In this document: positions 1 through 9,524 of the stretch, piece by piece | Position numbering within the stretch: position 1 is the first letter of the stretch | How the letters are laid out: every line of letters starts with the position of its first letter | NCBI GenBank assembly: GCA_965224025.1 | Contig: OZ245033.1 | Span: 4,064,001 to 4,128,000, forward strand | Direction: 5' to 3' | Length of the DNA stretch: 64,000 bases | DNA from: Candidatus Multivorans sp. | Lineage (GTDB): Bacteria > Acidobacteriota > Thermoanaerobaculia > Multivoradales > Multivoraceae | Notes under the pieces: generated by a model | Told to the model about the DNA's origin: nothing | What the model saw: only the letters and a program-made list of their open reading frames with translations | The model's database searches: none | Position numbers and translations under genes: made by a program

Positions 1-1072
1 GGCGGTAATGGTCGAAGCCGGCATCTCGGTCCCTCGCGCCGAGACCCTGGAACGAGTCGAGATCTACCGCACGGAACAGCTCGTCGCGGCCTTCGACGAC
101 TTCGAAGGAGAGGCCGGGCCAAGCGGAGTCCGCAACGTCAGCGCCGACGTGCCCACCTCCGGCGTCTCGCCCCAGGACTTCGTCCGCGTGGTGGCGCGCC
201 TCGGCGACGGCCGTGAACTCGAGGATGTCGAACTGCTCCAGAACGCGGAGTTCAGCAGCGAGATCGATGTCCAGCTCGTCCAGTTGCAGGTTCTGATCGT
301 CGACCGCGGCGGCAACCCGGTCGCCGGCCTCCGGCCCGAGGATTTCGAGGTCCGCGAGGACGGCGAGCCCCGCCAGGTGGACAAGCTCTACGTCTCGAAC
401 GACGTGCCGCTCTCCCTGGGTCTGGCCATCGACTCCTCCGGCAGCATGGAGCCCATCTGGCGCCAGACGAACGTGGTCGCCGGGGCGTTCTTCAACGGAG
501 CGCTGACCGGGCGGGACCAGGCGTTCCTGGTCGATTTCGACTCCACGTTGCGCCTCGTGCAACCGCTGACGGGCAGCAAGCCGCTTCTGGCGCGCGGTCT
601 CGATCGCCTCTACCCCCAGGGCAACACCGCTCTCTACGACGCCATTCTGTTCTCGCTGCTTCAGTACGGCGACGCGCCGGGCCGGCGAGCCCTGGTCGTC
701 GTCACCGACGGCTTCGACTCGGACAGCCGCGCCGATCCCACCCGGACGATCGATTTCGGCAAGCGCCTCGGCGTCCCCGTCTATGTCGTCGCCATGCGCT
801 CGCTCGGCTTCGGCCCGACGACGATGGAGGACGCGAACCTGCGCAACAGCATGCGCCTGATCACGGGGGCCACGGGCGGCCGCCTGTTCCAGATCGAGTC
901 GATCGACCAGATGGCCAACGTGTTCGACCACATCGAGGAGGAGCTTCGCCGCCAGTACGTGCTGACCTACTACAGCGAACGCCCAATCGGCAGTGCCGTG
1001 GAACCCGACGTGCGCGTGAAACGGAAGGGGCTCAAGGTGCGGAGCGCCCTGCCGCTCGATGCGATCGAGTAG
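1..1072 (+). CDS. VWA-domain protein (Acidobacterial VWFA-related family), 5'-truncated by the window edge
   Basis: MIDAS DSSGS motif, TALYDAI, VVVTDG and a C-terminal LRRQYVLTY. The reading frame is open from the window start and is homologous to the paralog at 2927-4994. Confidence 0.85.
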   Translation, partial: AVMVEAGISVPRAETLERVEIYRTEQLVAAFDDFEGEAGPSGVRNVSADVPTSGVSPQDFVRVVARLGDGRELEDVELLQNAEFSSEIDVQLVQLQVLIVDRGGNPVAGLRPEDFEVREDGEPRQVDKLYVSNDVPLSLGLAIDSSGSMEPIWRQTNVVAGAFFNGALTGRDQAFLVDFDSTLRLVQPLTGSKPLLARGLDRLYPQGNTALYDAILFSLLQYGDAPGRRALVVVTDGFDSDSRADPTRTIDFGKRLGVPVYVVAMRSLGFGPTTMEDANLRNSMRLITGATGGRLFQIESIDQMANVFDHIEEELRRQYVLTYYSERPIGSAVEPDVRVKRKGLKVRSALPLDAIE

Positions 1073-1093
1073 CCCGACCGGTTAGCGACGCCA

Positions 1094-2220
1094 GTGAACA
1101 CCGGCCCTCGACGTCTGGCTGACGGACCCTGGACCGTTGCCACCCTCGCTCCGGTCCTGGTCCTGGGGCTGGCGGCCCTCGAACGGATCCACGCTCAGGA
1201 TCATGGCGCCGCAGACCCTTCGACAACTGGCGCCGTCCTTGCCGCCGGCGTGCTGGGGCCCTGGATCCTGAACGAAGAACTCAGCGAGAACCCGGTGCTC
1301 AGGGCCGGGCAGGCGGGTTCCGGCGACACGCTCTCGATCGAAACCGTCGCGAAGGAGTGGCTCGGAGTCGACACGTTCGTCGGTGAGCAAGACCAACTGG
1401 TGCGCACCACCGACCTGCGAAGCCGCGGACTGGCCAATGTCGGGGTGAGGTTCCGCACAGTCTACGATCGCCCGGCGGTCGACTCGGCATCGGACCATCC
1501 ATTCGTCGACACGGCGGGCGGCTTCGCCCGGCCGGCGACCATCCTCATCGTGCCGCCGGAACGCGGCTACCGCCAGTTGCTCAGCGGCAGGGTCGGGTTC
1601 CAGATGCTGGTCATCGATCCGGCGGTTGCCGCCGTCGAGTACCGCCTCGACGGTCGCCCCCGAAGCGGATCAGGCAGCCACGCCATCGTACGTACATCGA
1701 ACTCCACGATCCGCCACGCGAGCAGACGCTCAAGGTCTTCGCGTACGACGCCCAACACGAACTCCTGGGCGCCGACGGGATCGGAGCGTGCGGCAATCCG
1801 CCTCGTGCGGCGAACTTCCTCGACGTGACGTTGGCGCCAGCCGACAGGGCTTTTCTGGTCGACTTCGACGACACGGTGAGCCTGCGGCAGCCACTCACCC
1901 AGGACAAGGCGCTGCTCCTGCGGGGCATCGATCGACTCATCCCCTTCGGCGGCACCGCGATCAACGACGGGATCCTGTTCTCGCTCCTGCAGTACGGGCG
2001 TGAGCCCGGCCGCCGCGCCCTCGTGGTGGTGACGGACGGTGACGACGAGCACAGCCGCTCACGGCCCGAACAGTCCGCGGACTACGCGGCGCGTCTCGGC
2101 CTGCCGATCTACTTCATCGAACTCGACCCGACCGCCACGCGGACCGAGGCGAAAGACGGCTGGGTTGTTACCGATGTCTCAGCGGCGTTGCGGCGCAAGA
2201 AGGCACGGAAACGACTCGAG
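1094..2220 (+). pseudogene. Degenerate VWA paralog (frameshifted, internally deleted, C-terminally truncated)
   Basis: Signal peptide and GPWILNEELSENP motif. A frameshift near 1660 moves the frame to ...HDPPREQTLKVFAYD. It then jumps directly to the VWA core (DRAFLVDFD, GGTAINDG, VVVTDG) and breaks off at ARKRLE (~2220). Confidence 0.7.
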
Positions 2221-2895
2221 CCCGGCGAAGGTCATCAGGGCGATCGTCCCCGCCGTCGTTGCCTGGACACTCTTGCTGACCACCGTCGGCCCGGTCGCCG
2301 CCCAGAACGCACCGGCCACCAGCTACGTCGTCCAAGGCGGCTCCACACCCGAAGCCGACCCCGCGCTGGCCCACCTCCTGGGGCCGTGGATACGAAATGA
2401 CTCGCTCAGCGAGGATGCAGTACTCAAGAACGAGAGCATGTGGCGCAGCCCGGAGGTCGTCGCGCCCGCCATGCGGGACATCGCCAGCAGCGCGGCCGCG
2501 CGCCTCGGCGCCGTCGAGATTCGCCTCGACGGCGAGCACGTCCTGTTCAGGACGCCAGAGACGAATTCGCCGAGCGCCTAGGCCTGCCAATCTGCTTCAT
2601 CCAACTCGACCCAAGCGGGCTACGGTTCAAGAACGCAAGCCTTGCGCCATCGGCATCGCCCGGCCCGCGGCTCCGCCGGATCAGCCGCAAGACCGGCGGG
2701 CGGCTGTTCACGATCGAACTCTCGCCCGACACGGCGGCCTGGACGGCGAAAGTCCGGGCGGCGTTCGACAACGATCTGAGGCGCCAATACGTACTCACCT
2801 ACTACAGCAACCAACCGCCTGGCGCCGCTATCGCGCCGGATGTCCGGGTGGCCCGGCGTGGACTCACGCTGCGAAGCGCCGTGCCGCTCGAGTAG
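2221..2895 (+). pseudogene. Internally deleted VWA paralog (N-terminus joined out of frame to C-terminus)
   Basis: The N-terminal part (signal peptide, GPWIRNDSLSED) is joined near 2560, in another frame, to the C-terminal FAERLGLPI...TGGRLF...LRRQYVLTYYS...LRSAVPLE*. Confidence 0.7.
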
Positions 2896-2926
2896 ACGGC
2901 ATGAGAGTCCTCCCGTGAGAGTCGCC

Positions 2927-4994
2927 ATGCCATTCCGAACCAGCCCTATCGTTCCGACCGTCATCGCGCTGACGGTCTGGTGCTCCAGCGCGCAACCCAC
3001 AAGCGCCCACGAGGGTCGTGGCCAGGAAGAGCAGATTCTCGAAACGGAAGGTCCTCCCGGCAACCTGCGCGGTCCGTGGATGAGGAACGCAGAGCTCAGC
3101 GAAGATCCCATCGCGAGAATCGCGAGCGTCTGGCCCGAACCGGAACTGGTTCCGCGAGTCCTGCGGGAATCCACGGAGGGCCTCGACGACCGTCTCGCTA
3201 CGGTTCTGATCAAGTTCAGCGGGGACTTGCTCACCGTGCTGGACGGCCGGGGCGAATTCAGGTCCTTCAGCCCGGAGGAAGTGGGAGACCGGCTACGGCG
3301 CCGCCTCCGTTCGGCTTCCCCGTACGCGACGTTGACGGGCGACGGCTTCCGAATCGAGAGATACATCGTCGGGTGGACCTGGAGCGACGACTTCACGCGG
3401 CAGGGCGACCAGCTCGTCCGGACGACCACGATTCTGGGCGGCTCGGCGCGCACGCTGGACATCCGAACGGTGTACAACCCGGTGGGAGACGAGCATCCCG
3501 CCGCCCGGGCAGCAGGTATTGCGAATCCATCCGCGCGGGCTGCTGTGATCCGTATCCTGCCGCCTGGGCGCGAGTACCGCGAACTCCTGAGCGGTCGTGT
3601 CGAGATCCGGACCCTGGTCACCCATCCGGGCATCCGAACGGTCGAGTTCCTGCTGGACGGCACGCCGGCGCAGCGGAAACGACGGCGGCCCTTCAGGGCC
3701 CGGCTCGACCTGGCGGACCCGCCGCGTGAGCAAACGCTTGAAGTCCGCGCCTACGATGCGGAAGGTCGGTTAGCCGCCGGCGACAGAATGATCCTGAACC
3801 GGATCGAGACACCCTTCGGGGTCCGCATCACCGCGCTTCGGGGCGAGGAAGTGGATGGGGAACCCGCGGTTCGGGTCGCGGCCGATGTCTCGCTGCCGCG
3901 GGCCGCGGTTCTTGAGAGCGTGGACTTCTACCGCAGCGAAGACCTGCTGGTGGGGCGGGGCGACTTCCACTCAGGGCCCAATGCGGGTGCGACCCGCGCC
4001 ATCTCGGTCGAGGCGCTGGTCAGGAACGTGTCGGCGAGCGATTTCGTCAGGGTAAGGGCCAGGCTGGCCGATGGCCGCGAGCTGGAAGACGCGCAGCTCC
4101 TCCAGGGCGCCGACTACCAGGACGAGATCGATGTCCAATTGGTCCAGCTTCAGGTACTCGTCGTGGATGACAGGGGCAGTCCGGTCTCGCGCCTGGAGCC
4201 GGACGACTTCGAGATACGTGAGGGTGGCGCGAGGCTGTCTGTCGAGGCCCTCTACACCGCGACCGACGTCCCCCTGGCGCTTGGGTTTGCGCTCGACTCA
4301 TCGGAGAGCATGCTTCCGATCTGGCGCCAGTTGAAGTACGCGGCGACGAGCTTCCTCGACGAGACCCTGACGCACAGGGACAGGGCCTTCCTGGTCGACT
4401 TCGATCAGTCGGTACGGCTGCTGCAACCCCTGACCGGCAACAAAGGCCTACTCGCACGCTGGCTGGACCAGGTCACACCCTGGGGAGGAACAGCCCTGAG
4501 CGACGGTCTCCTCTTCTCGCTCCTGCAATACGAAACGAACCGGGCCGCCGTGCCCTGGTCATGGTCACGGACGGCGCCGACCTGCACAGCCGCAAAGGGC
4601 CGGAAGACCCCGCCGACTTCGCGCGGCGGTTGGGGCTTCCGATTTACTTCGTGGAGATGAACAACCCGCTCACGAAGCTCGTGAACGGTCCGAACGGCGG
4701 AACCCTGACCAGCCGCAATACCCACTCGCAGGCTCGCAAACGGATCCGCCGGATCAGTGAAGAGACGGGAGGCCGTCATTTCGCCATCGACTCGCCATCG
4801 ACCCTCTCGCCGACGACCCGCCCTGGACCGAACGGATCAAGCAGGTCTTCGACCAGATCGAGGAAGACCTGCGTCATCAGCACGTGCTGACGTACTACAG
4901 CAGCCAGCCGCGCGCCCCGATCAGACCCGAGGTTCGGGTCACATAGCCTGGGCTCAAGCTGCGCAGCGCGGTGCCGCTCGAGGCCATCGAGTAA
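2927..4994 (+). pseudogene. Full-length Ig-like + VWA paralog with three lesions near its 3' end
   Basis: DSSES MIDAS motif. Lesions are a 1-nt loss near 4533 (QYE-NEPGRR), an 11-bp tandem duplication at 4781-4802 and an in-frame TAG at 4944-4946. The homologous end LRSAVPLEAIE-TAA lies at 4992-4994. Confidence 0.75.
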
Positions 4995-5018
4995 CGCCGG
5001 CCGGGGGGGAGGCCGCGC

Positions 5019-5285
5019 CTACTGGCCGCCGGTGGCCGCCGCCTCCCGCTCCTGGGCGCGGGCGCCGGAGAGGATGTTCGTCAGGCCGTAGTTGCCCTCG
5101 TGGCACGCGTACTCGAAGATCGGGTCCTCGGTGCGGGCGAGCCGGATCATCATCGTCCAGGGCCGGACCCAGGTTGCTTCGTCCTCGTAGCTGATCTGCC
5201 ACTCGATCACGTCGGGCCCGGAGCGGGTGAAGCGCTCAACCACAGTAAGGCCCTCGGTCGCCCCCGATCTGGAACTACCCTCCGC
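5019..5285 (-). pseudogene. C-terminal remnant of a conserved hypothetical protein (FEYACHEGNY family)
   Basis: ...[18 protein letters not shown]...PWT...IFEYACHEGNYGLTNILSGARAQE* resembles the C-terminus of a larger secreted protein family. There is no start codon or N-terminus. Confidence 0.6.
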
Positions 5286-5287
5286 GC

Positions 5288-7064
5288 GGACTCGAGATGG
5301 CGATGGCGTGCCACTTCCGCGTGGCCGACCCGAGCGCGCGCCTGGGCCTGCCCGAAGTCAAGCTCGGCATCCTGCCAGGCGGCGGCGGCACCCAGCGGCT
5401 GCCCCGCCTGGTCGGCGTACCGAGGGCGCTCGAGATGATCACGAGCGGCGAGCACATCACCGCCGCGGAGGCGCTCGATCTGGGATTGATCGACGCCGTG
5501 GTCGACAGCGAACAGGAAGGCGGGCTCGAAGCCGGCGCGATCCGTTTCGTCCTGCGCGCCGTAGCGGAGGGCCGCGGCCTGCCCCGGGTTCGGGATATCG
5601 AGAGCCACCGCGACGCGGTGCGCAAGAACCCGGGTATCTTCGACGACTTCCGGCGCCGTATTGCACGCAGAACGCGGGGGTTCAACGCCCCCGGGGTCTG
5701 CATTCAGTGCGTCGAGGCGGCGGCCGCGCTGCCGTTCGACGATGGACTCAAGCGCGAGGCCGATCTCTCGCGGAAGCTCCACGCGGACCCGCAGTCGCGG
5801 GCACAGCGCTACTACTTCTTCGCCGAGCGCGCGGCGCGCAAGATTCCGGACATTCCGGCGGACACGCCGGTTCGGGAGATTGCCAAGGTCGGCGTGCTGG
5901 GCGCCGGCACGATGGGCGGCGGCATCTCGATGGCCTTCGCCAACGCCGGCCTGCCGGTTCAGGTCGTCGAGCAGAGCCGCGAGGCGCTCGCCCGCGGTCT
6001 GGCCACGGTGCGGCGTAACTACGACCGCAGCGCCTCTCGCGGACGGTTTACCCAAGACGAGGTCGAGGAACGGATGGGCCTTCTCCGGGGCGGCACGGAC
6101 CGGGACGCGCTCGCCGAATGCCATCTGGTGATCGAGGCGGTATTCGAGGACATGGAGCTGAAGAAGAAGGTGTTCGCGGGACTCGACCGGATCGTCAGGC
6201 CGGGCGCGCTGCTGGCAACGAACACCTCGTACCTCGACGTCAACGAGATCGCCGCCCAGACGGAACGGCCCGAGGACGTGGTCGGCATGCACTTCTTCAG
6301 CCCCGCGAACGTCATGAAGCTGGTCGAGGTCGTGCGCGGCGAGAAGTCCGCGCCGAACGCGATCGCGACCGCGATGTCGATCTCCCGGACGATCGGCAAG
6401 GTGCCGGTCCTGGTCGGCGTCTGCCACGGCTTCGTCGGCAACCGGATGCTCTTCCAGCGCCGCCTGCAGGCGGACCGCCTCGTGCTCGAAGGGGCACTGC
6501 CCTGGGACATCGATCGGGTGCTCTACGACTTCGGCATGCCGATGGGTCCGTTCCGGATGAGCGATCTGGCCGGGCTCGACGTGGGCTGGAACGCGGCGAC
6601 CTCGTCGTCGAGCACCTTGCGCGAGATGCTCTGCGAGCGCGACCGGCGCGGCCAGAAGACCGGCCGCGGCTACTACGTCTACGACGCCGCCACCCGCGCC
6701 GCGGCGCCGGACCCGGAGGTCATGGATCTGGCCCGCGAACTCGCGGACCGGCTCGGCATCGAACAGCGCGAGATCGACGACGAGGAGATCCTGAACCGCT
6801 GCCTGCTCTCCTCCGTCAACGAAGGAGCGAAGATCCCTCGAAGAAGGCATCGCCGTCCGCGCCAGCGACATCGACGTCATCTGGATCAACGGCTACGGCT
6901 GGCCCGTCTACCGGGGCGGCCCAATGTTCTGGGCCGACGAGTTCGGCCTCGACAACATCACAGGCATCCTCGACGACTACGCCGCCCGCTTCGACCCCGA
7001 CCAGTGGCGGGCGGCGCCGCTGCTCCGCGAGACGGCCGCCGCCGGCGGGCGGCTGAGCGGCTAG
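5288..7064 (+). pseudogene. Enoyl-CoA hydratase/3-hydroxyacyl-CoA dehydrogenase (FadB/FadJ-like), N-terminally truncated and frameshifted
   Basis: Begins in the middle of the crotonase domain at GLEMAMAC...[22 protein letters not shown]. It has [13 protein letters not shown] and GMHFFSPA. An extra C near 6835 shifts the frame; the corrected frame continues ILEEGIA...[11 protein letters not shown] to TAG at 7062-7064. Confidence 0.8.
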
Positions 7065-7095
7065 CGCCGCGGCGGCGGGCTCACCCGACCGTCTT

Positions 7096-7255
7096 GGGTC
7101 AGGAGGGGTCGGCTCGCAGCTGGCGTTCGCGCTCGAGAGGAGATGTGAGGAGTTGCGCTCACTCCGCTTCACTCGCTCCGGTTCCGTTTCTTTCAGTGCA
7201 ACGTCGTCAAGCGTCGCTCGTTCAGAGGCACCTGCGAGCCGACCCCTCCTGACCC
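7096..7255. mobile_element. 160-bp MITE-like element with perfect 24-bp terminal inverted repeats
   Basis: GGGTCAGGAGGGGTCGGCTCGCAG (7096-7119) has its exact reverse complement at 7232-7255. The interior is non-coding and I saw no clear target-site duplication. Confidence 0.55.
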
Positions 7256-7438
7256 GACCGGGCTGAAGGTCGGTGCCGGGAGTGCTGACTCTCAAGGCAA
7301 AGCACCGAGTTGTCTCTTTGGGGGCCGCGTCGGACGTCGCTCGCTTCGAGCCCGCTGGGTCCCTTACCCCTCAGAGGCCCTGCGCAGGCTGGACGGTGTC
7401 GGCGGACCGAGGCGAGACTTCGCTGCTACTGTCCCCCG

Positions 7439-9524
7439 ATGCTTGGCCAGAGGCGTTGTCGGGATCTGAGGTGGCTACCGGTCGGGCTGACGTTGGCGCT
7501 GGGCGTCGCGACTTCGGCGCAGGAGCCTGCAGACACCGACTGGTCGGTCGTTACCGGCAACAACGCGAGTCAGCGGTACGCGCCGCTTGAGCAGATCGAT
7601 CGGGACAACTTCGGAGAGCTCGAGGTCGCCTGGCGATGGTCGTCGCCGGACAATGAGTTGATGACCGGGGATGGTGGAACTAGCGGGCGGCGCATGGTGC
7701 CACGGAACCATGAGGCGATTCCGATCAAGGTGGGTGACCGGCTCTATGTGACGACCGGCTACGGGCAGATCGCGGCGATCGATATCGAGCAGGGGAAGAG
7801 CTCCTGGACCTACGACCCGCAGGCCTATGTTCACGGCCGGCCGACGAATCTCGGCTTCACGCACCGGGGCGCCGCGTACTGGAAGGACCCGGACCTGCCC
7901 GGCGAAGGCGGCCGGCTGGTGTGGGCTGGAGGCGACTCCTTCCTGCGTGCAGTGGACACGCTGAGCGGCGAACCGATCGAGTCGTTCGGAGACGGCGGCG
8001 GGGTCGACCTGACCCTCGGTCTGCACCGCGAGGTGTCGCGCCGGGTCTACAGCGTGAGCTCGCCGGCCACGCTGTGCCGGGACGTGGTGATCGTCGGTTC
8101 CTCGATCTCGGATGGTCCGCGCGCGCCGGAGGCGCCGCCGGGGGACGTGCGCGGATTCGATGTCCGCACCGGCGAGCAGCTCTGGACGTTCCACTCGATC
8201 CCGCAGGAAGGGGAGCCCGGGCGCGATACGTGGGAGACCGGTTCGTGGAAGGTCAGCGGCAACACGAATGTGTGGACCCTGATGAGCGCCGACTCGGAGC
8301 TAGGGCTCGCCTACCTGCCGTTCGGCACGCCGACCAACGACTGGTACGGCGGACACCGCCTGGGCGACAACCTCTACGCCGAGTCGCTCGTCGCCGTCGA
8401 CTGCGAGACCGGGGAGCGGCGCTGGCACTTCCAGACGGTCCACCACGGCCTGTGGGACTACGACCTGCCGACTCCGGCGATCATCGGCGACATCGAGGTC
8501 GAGGGCCGCTCGATCCGCGCCGCAATGCAGCTCTCGAAGCAGGGCTTCCTCTACGTCTTCGACGCCCGCACCGGCGAAGACGTATGGCCGATCCTGGAGC
8601 GCGAGGTGCCGCAGACCGGCATCGTCGGCGAGCGGACGTCGCCGACCCAGCCCTTCCCCACTAGGCCGCCGGCCTTCGAACGCCAGGGCATCGGCCCGGA
8701 CGATCTGATCGACTTCACGCCGGAACTGCGCAGCGAAGCGCGGGCCATCCTCTCGCGCTACCAGTACGGCCCGATCTTCACGCCGCCCACGGAACGCGGC
8801 ACGTTTCTGATGCCCGGCTATGGCGGCGGCGCGAGCTGGCCCGGCGGCGCCTTCGACCCGGAGACGGGCATGCTCTACGTGCCGTCCTTCACCTGGCCCG
8901 TGGTCAACACGCTCCGCAAGCCGGACGCGAGCCGCTCGTCCTTCGACGACGTCGGCCGCATCAACAGCGATGTCCGCGGACCGCGCGACCTGCCCCTGGT
9001 CAAGCCGCCCTACTCCCGGATCACCGCCTACGAGTTGAACCGCGGCGAGGTCGCCTGGACCGTGCCTCTCGGCTACGGCCCGCGCCGGCATCCGGATCTT
9101 GCCGCGCTCGACCTGCCGCCGCTCGGTTCCGGCGCCCGCGGCCACGTCGTGGCGACGAAGACACTCCTGTTCGTGACCTCCGGCCGGTCGCTCGCCTCCC
9201 GCGGGATCGACCGGGAGGCCACGGCCGAGGGCGCGGGACGCGACGACTGGCGCGTCGAGACCCCGGCGCTGCGTGCGTTTCGACAAGGCGACCGGCGAAC
9301 TCGTCGGCGAAATCGAGTTGCCCGCGCACACCGACGGCAGTCCGGTCACCTTCCTGCATCGCGGCCGGCAGTACCTGGTGTTCGCGCTCGGCGGACGAGG
9401 AGCGCCGTTCGAGCTGATCGCCTACCGGCTGCCGGTCTGGCCCGCTCGCGCCCTGGCAACCGCTCCGGGCACACCGCATCGCGGCCAACAAGACCGAAGA
9501 GAAGCACGAGGAGAATCAAGATGA
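7439..9524 (+). CDS. PQQ-dependent glucose/quinate-type dehydrogenase, exported, with one frameshift near 9278
   Basis: Signal peptide, PGDVRGFDVRTGE, WHFQTVHHGLWDYDLP and SPTQPFP motifs. An extra T in GCGTTTCGAC shifts the frame; the proper C-terminus FDKATGELV...GSPVTF...QYLV is in the 9273-9524 frame. Confidence 0.8.

Noticed and set aside
4944-4946. Stop-codon readthrough or pyrrolysine
   Set aside because: The same gene has two other frame-breaking lesions, there are no pyl genes, and TAG ends many normal genes here.
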